A stretch of 64,000 nucleotides of DNA from Zootoca vivipara. Its lineage: Eukaryota. Position numbers and translations under genes: made by a program. Of the stretch, positions 11,996 through 25,400 are shown piece after piece (position 1 is the stretch's first letter; each line of letters starts with the position of its first letter). The notes under the pieces were generated by a model that saw only the letters and a list, made by a program, of their open reading frames with translations, did no database searches and was not told the DNA's origin. Location: NCBI RefSeq assembly GCF_963506605.1, contig NC_083285.1, positions 39,618,001 through 39,682,000 on the forward strand. The letters are read 5' to 3'.

Positions 11996-12732
11996 GAATC
12001 TAAGGCTGCTGCTTGGGGCATTAATGCTGTGAGCCCCTCCATCATAGGCTCAAAATAAATGTGTCAGCTTAAGGATGCTTTTTTTTAAAAGTGTGTTTCA
12101 TTTAATCTGTAGTTTGGTCTTGCTCAACATCAGAAATGTATCACGAGTTAGAAATCCCTGCTGAATTCACATTTTGACAGCTTCTGAAAAATACTCTCTG
12201 TGGACTTGCAGACTGATTCTACGAGTTTCTGCCTACTAAGTAAGTTAAGTTAGTGGCACAATGACTGTGGTCTTGTGACCCCTAATGCTGAGCTAGCCAG
12301 GATGCTGCATCAGAAGTCGGAGTCAGCATTCACCTATGACCAACAGGCAGAGTCCAAAATAGGATTGCACTCTGCACAAACCCTCAACCTAATTGTGTCT
12401 CGCCGTCATGTGAGATGAGAACTTTATAAACTATTTGTATTGTATGGGTGCAGTTGGGCAAGGCATGATGCTGATGGGTACTGAGATGGTGGGAAACTGA
12501 TAATAAGGATTTGGATATTTACTGATGGTTATTAACTGAACCCAGCACTCAGCTTAGAAGACAAGTCTCCTTTGATAGTAAAATTGGCAGAGTCCTCACG
12601 GCTGTCAAGAAGGGGTGAGTTTCCATTTAATTTGCCTACTTGTCTCCACTTGCTGGGAATCCAGTCATTTATTTGTTTATAAAAAATATTTATATATCAG
12701 TGTACCATTCAAAAAATGTATCACAGTGGTTT

Positions 12733-13072
12733 AAAGGTAAAGAGACCCCGGACCATTAGTCCAGCCGTGACCGACTCTGGAGTTGTGGCACTCATCTCAT
12801 GTTATTGGCTGAGGGAGCCAGCGTACAGCTTGCAGGTCATGTGGCCAGCATGACTAAGCTGCTTCTGGTGAACCAGAAACGGCGTTTACCTTCCTGCTCG
12901 GAGCGGTACCTATTTATCTACTTGCACTTTGACGTGCTTTTGAACTGCTAGGTTGGCAGGAGCTGGGACCGAGCAACGGGAGCTCACCCCGTCACGGGGA
13001 TTCAAACTGCCGACCTTCTGATCGGCAAGCCCTAGGCTCTGTGGTTTAACCCACAGCGTCACCCGTGTCCCT
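12733..13072 (-). mobile_element. Sauria SINE
   Basis: tRNA-like head at the right end on the minus strand and (ACCTTT) tail at the left. TSD-like ATCACAGTGGTTT at 12720-12732 and 13078-13090. Five related copies in the window. Confidence 0.88.
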
Positions 13073-14329
13073 CCATCATCACAGTGGTTTAGTGGTTTAC
13101 AACAATATAAAAACGATGTCAAAACATTTTCACTCTAGCAGTAAAGGGATAAAACCTCTTGGACCTTGGCAGGCTGTGGCTAAATGTGGCTGCATTTGGA
13201 AATGCTTTAAAACTGCCCTGCACCTTGTCTTTCTCTGATTACCAGCCAGCAACTTGGTGCTGCCCAGCACAAATGAGAACAGACTCGAGGCAGCCACTGT
13301 AGTCATCTTAGGGGGGGGGGCTCTACTGTTTCTGCCACTTCAACCTTGCATTTCTCCACTGGGAGTGGATGAAACTCCCACATGGTGAAAATGTAGACAA
13401 CGTACCAAATGGTGCCTCTAGCTCTGCAAGGGAATTCTTGTAGACACCATTTGCCAAATAATAAATATTAGCTTCCTCTTTCAGAATAAAACGAAAAGCC
13501 CAACAACATGCCTATGTGACCAAATGTGAAATCTGCCTGGGTGTGTGTGTGTGGTTGTGTTGCTACAAGAATCCATGAATATACTGAAGAACACAGGACG
13601 CTTGGGATTCATGCAGCAAGTAAGTCTGCATTATCATCCCAATGGCTGCACTTCAACTCTGTTGCCTGTCTTCCCATCAGCCCCTGGAAGCCCTTGAGTC
13701 CTTTTCAGAGTCCGCTTGGAGGAAGCTGTGCCCAACAGAAGGCAACTTGATTTTATTTATTTATTTAACAGCTTGCTATCTGCCCTTCCTCCAGGATGGA
13801 ACATAGAGCGGTTTGCAATAATAGTCAATAACATATGATATTCAGTGTGTCCCCCCCCCCAACTCCATGGAAGGACCCTTTTGCCTTTCTCTTTTTCATC
13901 AGTCTGCTACAGAATTTCTTTGCGTTCTGCTAAAGGAGATTATGGTCATTGATTTGATTTTTTGTTAACTTTATCATTAGTAATTACTAAAGTACAATCA
14001 AAGCCAACAGCAAAAGCAGACCAATAACACCTCCTACCCTCCCAATTAAAAAAAATATCTGGTGAAATAAAAAAAGGTCTTAAGACCAGTGCAAAGATAA
14101 TCACACTTAAAATAGAAAAAGTAAAAAAGGAATCAACTGAAGTAGCAATGGCATTACTTTAATAATTTTGAGTTGGCTTCCTGTTTTATCAGTTAGTGGT
14201 CTCCCAGTATTTTACTTACGAGTATTTTTTATTGTACTTCTGCTCCTTGAGTTTATCGTCCCTAACCACAATTCCTAATGCTTACAGCAGAACCACTTTC
14301 CTCTTCCATTATCAGCTCATATTTGCAGA

Positions 14330-15040
14330 ATGAGCCTCAGTGACCTTCTCTACCCAAGCAATCCACAAAGACGCCAGGATGTGATTGCCCTGCACCAGGA
14401 ACTGCTTGACTGCATGCAGCTGAATTTTAAGGCTACCGATGAACTAATTGGAGCACTGAATGAACATCTGGGAGCCAAGATTCCGCACGTTAAAATGAAA
14501 GAGGGCGGCACCATCAAAGAGAACTGTGACATCATCATCCGAGCCATGACTGATATTCAGCAAGAGGTATGGAAGTTTGATAAAGAAATAAAGGAAAAGC
14601 TAGAGCCATTAGTGTACCGTAAGCTTTATGATATCAAAGAGCCTGAGTTGGAAAAAATTGCAATAGCTCACAGGATCGTATCTGTTATACTTGGAGAGGC
14701 TACTGCATCTGCAGGTATAGTAGCTGTAAAATTGGTGTGTTCGAATATTGTAACTGTTACTGTTAACAAACTAATTGCTCTACTTGCACAGATTGGGTTA
14801 TCTGTTCTAGGAGGCATTGCCATTAGTGCTCTGGGGCTGGGTATCGACATAATTCTTCATGCTATATTGGGAGCAGTGGAAAGAGATCACCTTGTAGCAT
14901 GCATTGAGAGCTATGAGCAGCATCTGGCAGAGTTTAAGGAAGCCTCACAGATTTATCATTGTGCCATTACAGAAGTAAGTTCAATGGTGAAAGACAAAGC
15001 TAAATTAGGAATATCCGGGGATGTTCCTACACACTGGTGA
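14330..15040 (+). CDS. SMCO3: Single-pass membrane and coiled-coil domain protein 3, 236 aa, single coding exon
   Basis: The ORF MSLSDLLYPSNPQRRQDVIALHQELLDC... matches SMCO3. It has a Gly-rich hydrophobic segment (ALLAQIGLSVLGGIAISALGLGIDIILHAILGAVER) and an acceptor just before the ATG. A candidate 5' exon ends at 13619 (GTAAGT). Synteny matches human. Confidence 0.92.
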   Translation: MSLSDLLYPSNPQRRQDVIALHQELLDCMQLNFKATDELIGALNEHLGAKIPHVKMKEGGTIKENCDIIIRAMTDIQQEVWKFDKEIKEKLEPLVYRKLYDIKEPELEKIAIAHRIVSVILGEATASAGIVAVKLVCSNIVTVTVNKLIALLAQIGLSVLGGIAISALGLGIDIILHAILGAVERDHLVACIESYEQHLAEFKEASQIYHCAITEVSSMVKDKAKLGISGDVPTHW

Positions 15041-17029
15041 TTACACGAAACGTATACTAATATGACTGACAAGAACTTTCCCTTTTAATACGGCTTGTTC
15101 GTTTTTGCAATAAGCAACATAGAAATATAGAGTTTGGTGGTGAATAACCTGTTAAAGACAAAAGACCCTTGCAGATAAGCAGTAACCGAAAGGTGTAAGT
15201 TTCTGCAGGTATGTGACATGAGCAAATGCTCTAACAGCACAAACTTTACCATATTTACTCAGAAGTTAAGTCCCGTTGAACTCCCTGGGGATTCCTTCTG
15301 GATAAGTGGGGTTGGGATTGTAGCCTTTGATTGCAATCCTAATGTCTCCTCCCTTTCAGTGGGGATTTGTAGAAAAAACATATACAAATCCACTGTACAA
15401 CAACTGCATACTAGAAATCAAGATGTAGTTATGCAGTTTATCCTTTTCCATGTGAATCAAGCTTGGTAATGTGGGAAATATTGAAAACATGCACTGCGTT
15501 ATTGAGTTTTGAATATTATGAAATAAAATTTGAAATAGCACAATATATAACTGAATACAGTATGTGTTTTCTCAAATAAATGCATTTACCTGTGTTTTTC
15601 TCTATTCCATCTGTGCATGTTACATCTCAAATCAGCATAGGGACAATAAGAAAATATTGTTATGAGTTGGAGGTGGGGTCAGTCTAGATGGTACCCTGTG
15701 CCCCAACCTGTGATCCTGAGTGGGTGGGTGGGTGGGTGGTGGGGGATAGAATGTATAAGAGCAAGCTTGCCAAATCAGTTCCATTATTAAAGTCATGGCT
15801 TTGTCATCTCTTGGTATTTTTCCTGCCTTATAACTGCCTTTCCTTTCCTTGTCTTACTTTCTTTCTTATTAGTAAGTGAGCTTTGGTGGGAACATTTTGG
15901 TAAAAGCAAATTTGACCATATTAGTATGCACATCTCCCTCATACACTTCTGGATTGGTGAACCACCGTGAAACAAAACATCCTGGTAGAAATACAATTAA
16001 AATAGACATAAAGAAGTCCCAACCAAACCTGCCATTCAGCTTATTATGAAGAAGAAGTCCGATGGAGAAGGACTAGGCAAGGGCACTTCATCTTGGTGTG
16101 TAGGACTATCAGTTGCTGTAAATATGGTGACATCACAGAGGCTGTGAGGTGGGTAGTCTTGCATGATACAAAGAATGTGACAATGACATCATAGGCTCAA
16201 GCAGAGGAGCCAGAAAACATGAAACACAATACGTACATTAAAATGATGCAGACCAAATAGAAAATTCTTTTTCTAGGCTGTAGTGTACATGCCCAGCTCC
16301 CATAGTTTAGACTTTATCATCATGCTTGTTAATTTCAGTCTCAAGGTACAATATTTTCAACAGAAGACACAAGAAGGCCATTTTTCAAGGGGATATTATA
16401 TACCTGTCGCCAGGCACTGCAGTCATCTTCAAAAGATGCTCCCACGGTGGGAAGAAGGAAAGCACTTATCTCCCACAGATCATAATCTGCTGTGTGAAGA
16501 AAACACATACTTTCTTTTGCTTATTCTGAATCTATTGCAACCGATACAGGAAGGACATGCTTTGTTGAAAGTGACAGGTTTTGTTAACACAGAGTTCTAA
16601 GACTAAGAGGGGGCAAAATTTCTTTATCCATTTCAACTTTCATAATTTCATAACTATCCAGGCTTCCTAAAAGAAAAAGTGTGACTAGTGTAGTGTATGC
16701 CTGAATGTTGTAGCTAAAGGTATGTTTCTCCCAATAAAAACATTTCAATGGAATTCCCCCATAAAAAAGCTTACTTGGAAGTAAGTGACATTGCTATCAA
16801 TGGGACTTGCAACAAAATGTACTTTAGGGTAACGTTTATAAGTTAAACTTCTGTAAAGTATTGCCAGTAGGAGTCATGTTTTATATAAAGCATTTTAATG
16901 CTCTTTCGATATGATATGATCTGAACCGTCTTCTTCCCTCTAAAAAACATTGTGTGATTTAACCTGCAGTATAAATTATTTCTGAGCTTGTGCAAGAAAA
17001 GGACTTGGAATAATTTATTTCCAGGATTG

Positions 17030-17320
17030 GCAGGCGAGCGCCCCCTCTCGGCCTTCTCTGGTATAACGGCCTTCTAGACCGAAAATGGCGCCCTCCCTCT
17101 CCCCGCATCTTCTTTCAGTGTTGCCTAGCGACTATGAGAAACCTTAACCATAGAGATGCAGACCTTGGGAGATCTGAAGGACAAACCGGCCTTGAGCACC
17201 TCTGAGCTCAGGCGAACTGGAAAGAGAGATTTGCGGACGGTACCGTTACCATAGAGACGGGGGGAAAGTATATGGTCTCAGTCCTATACAGACACTTCCG
17301 GTCTGATGTTAATTACCTTT
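17030..17320. promoter_or_regulatory. CpG-containing promoter-like element with two RFX X-boxes plus YY1 and ETS motifs
   Basis: GTTGCCTAGCGAC at 17120-17132, GTTACCATAGAGAC at 17245-17258, AAAATGGCG at 17082-17090 and CACTTCCGG at 17293-17301. Confidence 0.5.
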
Positions 17321-18515
17321 CCACTTTACAGTACAGTACAGTACTGTACAGTAATTCTAAATACAAAGTACCAAAGAGACACTGCAGCCTGGAGCGTCTA
17401 GTAACAAGGACAAGTATAGAGATAGGGAAAATACCGGTAGTCGGAAATCCTATAGAAAGAATTTTTTTTTTATGATTCCCTTTGACGTTTCCACATGCCA
17501 GGATGGAAATGAGAACTGCTTATATAAAATAATAAAGAAATCCAGGATTTTAGCGTACTTGAGAAGCAGGAGTCCACTCAGAAAGGAAGTAGCAGCATAT
17601 ATAGTAGCTCTTGCTTTAAGTTAGGATGTACTTTGTGAGAAAAAAGTGATTGCTGTCGGGGCCAGACCACTATCCCCATGATACTGTGGCTGAGATAGGG
17701 TTTCTTTACTTTTTGGGGGGTGCAATAGTATACTGTCAATCGAGCATGTCAGAAGCTAGTTTGATTTTCCAGCTCCAAATCCCCCACGCTTAACACCTAT
17801 GGGGTTGCAGCAAACGGTAAAACTACACAGGGATAGCAAATACGGTGCCTTCGAGGTGTTATTGAACTCCAACTCCCAGCAGCCCCAGCCAGCATTGCCA
17901 ACGGTCAAACGTACTCCAACAATACTTCGCCAGCCCCAAATGGCGACCCCTGGGACGTCACTCACAATTGCAGCCCAAAGCTCAGTTGCGTGCAAAACCT
18001 TGCATGCAAGATACCCGCAAAGTGCAGGCGAGGAGAGGAAGGGAACACTGACTTCCGAAGAGTCATAATCTCCAGTTTACCTTTCCAAAGAGTTTAAGTT
18101 TTTGTCATTTGTAGAATCCGATACGAGGCAAAATGGACAGCTGCTGTTCTTATTTTCGCGTGAGAAATTGACTGCTCCCCTTTTTAGTGCTTTACCCCCC
18201 ACCCGAAAAATTCCTGCAGACGCCCATACTAATGGCTCTATCACTGGGCAGTGAGGCGGTTGCCTCAGGCGACATAAACTGAGGGGAAGGAGGAAGCAGT
18301 ATGAGTTGCATATATTTCCAGTTTTCCACGCCAGGCAAGAACGTTCCTTTTTAACCAGGACTTTGGTTGATTTCATTGACATCCTACGCCCGTTTAAAAT
18401 GTGGTTCTTTTTTGGGGAGGAGGGGGGAATTGTTATTAGGTTGTTGTATTAATTTTGATTATATACATTGTGGTTTTATATTTTGATTTTGTTTTGTGAA
18501 CCGCCCTGTGAACCT

Positions 18516-18610
18516 CCGGGCATAGGGTATATATAAATTCAACCCGGGCATAGGGTATATATAATTCAACCCGGGCATATACCCGGGCATAGGGTATATA
18601 TAAATTCAAC
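18516..18610 (+). repeat. Short tandem repeat (~27-bp unit CCCGGGCATAGGGTATATATAAATTCAA, ~3.5 copies) at a LINE 3' tail
   Basis: Direct reading. It follows an L2-like 3' end (TGTGAACCGCCCTG). Confidence 0.75.
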
Positions 18611-18699
18611 AATTACACTAAAAACAAAATATATGAGCTCCGGTGCTTGCTGTTAACCTTTTCTTCCGGCTATCCTAAATTGGGGGTGCTAAACCCCAG

Positions 18700-19082
18700 A
18701 CCTCCTTAATGGCCCGCTACTTCAGGCCGAATCAACTTCCCGTAAGTTGGGGACGGAAGACGAATCTTTGATGAGAAGCCCACGTGCCTCAAAGATCCTC
18801 ATTTTTGCCGGAAGTTCAGGTTGTGGGCTACTCTAGTCGTCCCGCGCCTCTATCGCTGTTGCCGCGAGATCGCGCGGCTTTTCAAGATGGCGGCGACGCG
18901 GAGAGTATCCGAGGCGTGGCTTCTGTAGGGCCCTTTCTCTCTTTGGAGCGACCGGGCGCCGCTCTGCCGTCGGGGTTGGGGGGCTCCGGTCTCTTCCTTC
19001 GCGCCCCGTGGATCGACTGGGATCAGGCGCGGATTTGGGCTGTTCGCCTCCCCCTGCTTGGAGCCACCGGCCTTGGCGCCAG
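18700..19082 (+). promoter_or_regulatory. WBP11: WBP11 CpG-island promoter and non-coding exon 1 (probably bidirectional with C12orf60)
   Basis: CpG-rich, with ETS CCGGAAGT at ~18807, canonical YY1 CAAGATGGCGGC at 18882-18893, and donor AG|GTAACC at 19082/19083. Confidence 0.75.
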
Positions 19083-19485
19083 GTAACCTGTTACCGTTTC
19101 CCGACTTAGAAATCATTTCATCTTGATGGGCACAAACAGTTGTTTATACCCCGAAGGCTGGAGCTTTGTGCAGAGCTGCGTCTCCTGATGGTCCAGTGTT
19201 AAAACCCTGGTCGGATCAAGGGCGAGCGTTCTTCAGTAAATGAGTGACTTTAACAGGAAAGGGTTTTTTATTTTTTAAAAAAATCTTATTATACTATTTT
19301 ATTGTTATTATTATTTATATTATATTATTATTATTCGTGACTATTACAATGAAATGTGCTTCTGCCTGACTTACAGGGCTTCACTCGTGTGTTTAATACT
19401 GTCGTTTATGCTAAATTATATATATTTTTTCCCTTCCTGGTCTAGTTTTCATTCAGTGAAACAATAAAATAAACAAACTATCAAA

Positions 19486-22400
19486 ATGGGGCGAAGATCC
19501 ACGTCATCCACCAAGAGTGGGAAGTTCATGAATCCCACAGATCAAGCTCGTAAGTGTACACAGAATTTATTTATTTTTTAAGTAAGGGGAGGGTTTTAGG
19601 GGAGACGCATGGTTGAAAGCATGTACCACAGTATTAGAAACTGAGATAGGAAAGCTAGGAGCCAAATGGCATCTTAAACCTAGGTTACGGGCACAACAAT
19701 GGAATGTCTAGGTGCTTTTTTTTTAATAAGACAAAGCTGAAAATGAATGAACTACTGCTAAAATATTATGTTCATTTTTCACATGGTCTAGTCCTTCCCC
19801 TGCGCCCCCCCCCCCATATTCTTAAGAGGGTCTCTTCTCCAGTCTTTAGCGGGTACCTGGAAGTGGGGAGGCAGGAAAAAGGTCCTCCTTTCCTTCCACT
19901 CTGCAGTTTTAATCTGAAATCTTAGGCGCAGAACTAAGCCCAGAGCTCAGAAACTGCTCACACTAATTAAATTCCCTGTTTCAAAAAGTGCCTATAACAA
20001 TGGGAGTTTTGAACACTGTTGTAGCCTGAGGTATAAGACTTAACACTGCAGGCTAAAAATGTTACAGTATACTATGGGTTTAGCATTAAACAGTGTCAGT
20101 GTCAGTTTAGCATTAAACATGTCAGTGAAGGAATGTACAGGAATATAAAATAATGGGATGTTGGTAATGTCAAGTGGAGATTTTTCTTCAGAAGAGTGCT
20201 TTACATCAAGCTAATCAGTTAAAGGCATAATGTTGCTGCTGTTGTATCTCATATACAAATATTTAAATTAAATTATTTGAAGAGCAGTCAGTATGACTTG
20301 GTTCACTGCAGTCTGTGAATTATAGGATTTTTCTCATAGTTAAATCTAAGTGTGCTGCTGTGCAGCTTCAAGTCGGTCCATGTTTACTATGGCTGTGTAC
20401 ACACTATACCTTCAAAGCACCTTTGAAGCACAGACTTTTTCCTCAAAGAATTTTGAGTGCTGTGGTTTATTAAGGGTCCCTGGGAATTATAACTACAGTA
20501 TGTGCAGTGTAAGCTACAGTGCTCTGAATTTTTTGAGGGAAAGAATTTGCTTCAAATGTGCTTTAAAGGTATAGTGTGTACACAGGCTGTGTTTGCAAGA
20601 GTCAGATTCCTTTTGGATGGTAGAACACTCAACTTCTTTTCCTTAAAGACAGTTTTGGGAAAAGGTGGAGTAAGAGGTTGGTCAGGCAACATTGTGTGTG
20701 CTTTTGTGAAGTATACAAGTAAAGCCTTATAGACTTAGATTCCTCCTTGGGCAGATGCTGGTTGCATTTGCACACAACAATAAACCAGATTTTCTGACTG
20801 GCTGTTGTTTGCTGTGAACAAGTAGCATTCTGGTGCATGTTGGCCAGTTCCTGCTCTGCTCCTTCCCTGGCACAAGTACAGTACCTCTTAGGATTCAAAG
20901 TGTACTCTGAAGTACAATGAGTTCCATGATAAGTGTGATTATGATTGCAGCCCAAAGCTTGCTAGTACTGGGACTGAAATTGAGCATTTATATCTTTGCA
21001 GGCAAGGAGGCTCGAAAAAGGGAGCTTAAGAAGGTGAGAGATCATTGCTTTACTAAAGGCTGGTGACCCTGTACTTCTATGAGTTACGATCCTAACATAA
21101 AGCGTACCTTGTTAATGTAGTACTTGGTAACTGATGAGCCCTTTCCTATTTAAAAATACAGTATTTTCCAAGTATTCATAAAGCTGGAGAAATATTGAAT
21201 TTTTAATAGAATTGTGATAGTACTAATGCTATATATTTATCGTTTTCCTTGATGGATGATTAGTCTTATTCCCATCTGTAAGTATAAATATCTTAGCAGT
21301 GTTTGACCAAGTACTCAAGTGTCTTTAAACAGGAAGCCACTAATATAAAACCCACAGAACTAGAGACTGAGGATTGTAAATGTTGATAGGGTATAAATGT
21401 GAAGGTGTGTTAACACACTGCCTTTAAAATTGGAATGTAAAATCAATTTTAACAGCTTAGAACAGTGTTGTGCAGACTTTAGTCTTGTGGGATCTGTTTT
21501 TGTTTTTTTTAAAACTAGAAACTTATTATCCTCCAAGTAGAGCCGGGTGCAAGATACGTTATAGTGGGGGCAACAGACTCTTAAAATTAAGGCACAGGGT
21601 GCCTCTAAGCACATGTTTGGCCCATAATTATTTTCCCAGTACCAGAACTGAGCTCACAGTCCTGTCATGCAAAAACCCACTCCTGGCTCCCCCTATTTTT
21701 TGTATTGTATATGTTGCTTGGTTTGACTGATAGAGGAATCTTTCACTCTCTCTCATTTTCTGGTGAATCCAGAACAAGAAGCAACGCATGATGGTGAGAG
21801 CAGCAGTGTTGAAGATGAAGGATCCCAAGCAAATAATCCGAGATATGGAAAAACTTGATGAAATGGGTAGGTTTGAATAAACCTTTTTGGGGGTTGGGGG
21901 AAACTTGAATGGAGAAACCAGGTGGGGCCAAATGCATCTGTGAAGCTGAAAGAATTAGGGGCAGGCAATATGGTACTCTCTATATGTTATACTAAAGCAC
22001 CTATTGTCGCTGACCACTGGTCATGTTGGCTGGGGCTTATGGGAGTTAATAGTTAAAAAATATTTGGAGGAGGAACACATTGGCTAATGTAACAAATGTT
22101 ATCAGATACCATGTTTTTTGGAATAAGGAGATTAAGGGCTGGGTACACTCAAGTGGCCAGTTTCTGTAGAGAGTTGGTAGCTCTCCCCCCCCATGTTCGT
22201 TTTCTTTCTCTCTTTTAGAAGCCATCCTAGAAACTGATGGGACCAGGCAAGCTGCCCTAGAAAGAGAGTTCCTTGAATGGGGAGCCAGGCCCAGAAAGGC
22301 CCTCTCCCTCCTCCCTAGTCACTACTTGGGTTGCTGATCAGGCTGGGCCACCTGGGAACTAACAAGAGTTATTTGAGCATCAGTAAGCTGTGTTCCCAAA

Positions 22401-25400
22401 TATGTATTCTCTTTTAGTGGCACTCAGGAGGAAAGCTTTCTTTGGGGTTCTGTTTCTGAACATGGATGCCACAACGGCACAGGTGTTATAAACGTGGTGT
22501 GGTGGGAGGAAGAGAAAACAATGACTTAATTCAGGCTTTGCTTGTATATCTCTCTCCTTCCACATGGTTGTCTCAATCCTAATACTGGATTAGAGTTTAA
22601 CCCAGTGCAGCAACCCCAGCTCAATGAGAAGGTGCTGAAGGACAAGCGTAAGAAATTACGTGAGACCTTTGAGCGGATCCTGCGGCTCTATGAGAAGGAG
22701 AATCCAGACATCTACAAGGAGTTGCGCAAGCTAGAAGTGGAATATGAGCAGAAGAGATCTCAGCTCAGTCAGTACTTCGATGCTGTAAAGGTATCTGCCC
22801 TCATCAGATTTGAATGGCATTGATTTAAGGCAGGGCTAGGCAACCTAAGGCCCGTGGGCTGGATGTGGCCCAATCACCTTCTCAATACGGCCCGCGGGCA
22901 GTCTGGGAATCAGCGTGTTTTTACATGAGTAGAATGTGTCCTTTTATTTAAATGCATCTCTGGATTATTTGTGGGGCATAGGAATTCATTCAATTCCCCC
23001 CCCCCCCAAAAAAAATATAGTCTGGCTCACCACATGGTCTGAGGGACGGTGGAGCGGCCCATGGCTGAAAAAGGTTGCTGACCCTTGATTTAAGGGTTCT
23101 TACTCCTGGCTTACTTAAGTGTGGTCAGTGCAAGGCCAGTAGCTTGGTTCCTTCTAAGCCCTTCTGTGCTTTTTTAAAAAATTACAAGCACACCATGCAT
23201 ATGCCTAGTAACAGTACATGCAAGCAGTGGTGTGTTGCATTTGAAATTCAGTTACATACCGGTACAAACACCTTTAGGTGGCAAACTGGCTTTTCTGAAT
23301 CTCCTCCCTATGTAGTTTGGTGACTTGGTGACCAGAAACCTTCACTTTTCCCTCCTCAGATTTCATTGGAATGTTTTGAATGACTGACTATTTCATTAAT
23401 TTGACTGGTCGTGTGATGTTCCTTCTAAATGGTTGCTTGCATTTATGAATTGTCAGGAAGCTAAATGTTATGCCACTGATTGCTTCATGTTGCTTTCTCA
23501 TTTATAAAGCACCTAAAGTTTGTGCACCCCCCCCCAACTATTCCTGCCTGCAGGCTTACAGTCAACTAGACATGGCTCAGAATGGAAGTGAAAGCCCTCT
23601 TGGCTGATTATTAAAGCTAGTAGTTATTTTTTTTATTTAAATGTTTTCATTTATGCTAACTGCTTACAGTCTAAGTGACATAATTCAAAATAAATGGGGA
23701 GGGGAGAGGAAGATAAGTAGGTTCCAGGGCTAAGTCTTTCATGAGGTTATACCAGGCATAGGGAAACCTGGCCCTCCAGATGTTTTGGGACTACAGCTCC
23801 CATCATCTCTAGCTAACAGGACCAGTGGTCAGGGATGATGGGAATTGTAGTCTCAAAACATCTGGAGGGCCGAGTTTGTTGATGCCTGGGTTATACAATC
23901 AAGATACATAATGAACAGGTCACTGCAGTTCTGGGAGGAGAGGATCCATGTGTCAGGTGATCCCATTTGAGCTGATGGAGGGGTGCTTGTCTCACCTCTC
24001 TGTCACATACCCGTTGTCACCTCCTGAAGATTAACCTAAGGGAATGTTTAAAAATCTCTTTCAGAATGCTCAGCATGTCGAAGTGGAGAGTATCCCCCTG
24101 CCAGATATGCCTCATGCCCCTTCCAACATCCTCATTCAGGACATCCCCCTGCCTGGAGCGCAGCCCCCCTCTATTCTCAAAAAGACATCAGCCTATGGGT
24201 AAGCAAGGAAATGCACTGGAAAAGGCCAAAGCTCTTTTTGGGGTTAGTCTGTGTGGATTAGAATCTGATGCTGCAACTGTGATTAAATTGGCTTTTGTTG
24301 TTATTTTACTTGTGCTTTTAGAGCTTTTAAAAGCCACATGCTATAATTTGTGAGCTGCTTTTTGTTCATGCGGTTTAATGGTGGTTCTTGAAGTGTAGCT
24401 TAAGGCACAAGACATGGACTGACATCATTTGGGCTGCATGCTAGTACAGAAAAGTTTTAAGTGTGGCTGTCGATTAAATCCATGCATATATTGAATTGAA
24501 TTGGTGCTCAGCTTCTTGTCCTTGCTGTCAGCTGTTTTGTTGCTGGTCGAGAAGAAATACTAACATCAGCCACTAGTGAGACAGTTGGCATAATATTCAC
24601 AGGGTATAAATAAGTAGCCAGAAACTAGGGCAAAAGCTCAGCCGCTGCTGCATTGGTACCCAGCTCTCTAGCTCAAACTGAAAAGCTTGTAAATCCTTAG
24701 CTCTTATACTGTTCAAAACCTTGTTTCTAGACCTCCTGTCCGGCCTGTTTCTGTACTTCCACCCCCTGGGCTTGGTGTTCCTCGCTTACCTCCAGGCAGG
24801 AAGCCTCCAGGACCTCCACCAGGGCCTCCTCCACCTCAGGTCTTGCAGATGTACGGCCGGAAGGTTGGATTCACCTCAGAGATGGCCCCTCGGAGAAGAG
24901 AAGAGGAGGTGTCTTACAGTCCAGAGACAGGTAGTTATTTTTCTCATCCACAAGCGCTACCTTTGAAGGTGGCCTGGAAACTACAACTACAGTGGTGCCT
25001 CGCTTAACGGATGCCCTGCTTAACGAAATTTCCGCTTAACGAAAGGATTTTTCAAGCGGAGGTTGCCTCGCTAGACGAATTCGTTTTATGAAAAATTCGT
25101 CTAGCGAATCGCGGTTTCCCATAGGAATGCATTGAAATTCAATTAATGCGTTCCTATGGGCAAAAACAAATTAAAAAAAAATTCAATGCATTCCTATGGG
25201 ATTCGCTAGACAAATTTTTCGTTATAAGAAAAGACCCGTGGAACGAATTAAATTCGTCTAGCGAGGCACCACTGTAATACAGAATGCGGCAGCTAGACTG
25301 GTAACTGGGAGTGGCTGCCGAGACCACATAACACCAGTCCTGAAAGACCTACATTGGCTCCCAATACATTTCCGAGCACAATTCAAAGTGTTGGTGCTGA

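Noticed and set aside
12950-13072. tRNA-like A/B boxes here and at 30240-30317, 43560-43658, 43766-43830, 50600-50640 and 59100-59169
   Set aside because: These are SINE heads; no complete cloverleaf.
18516-18610. Regularly spaced ~27-bp repeats (also 7870-8070 and 34620-34890) superficially CRISPR-like
   Set aside because: Head-to-tail tandem repeats without unique spacers in a vertebrate genome; no cas genes.
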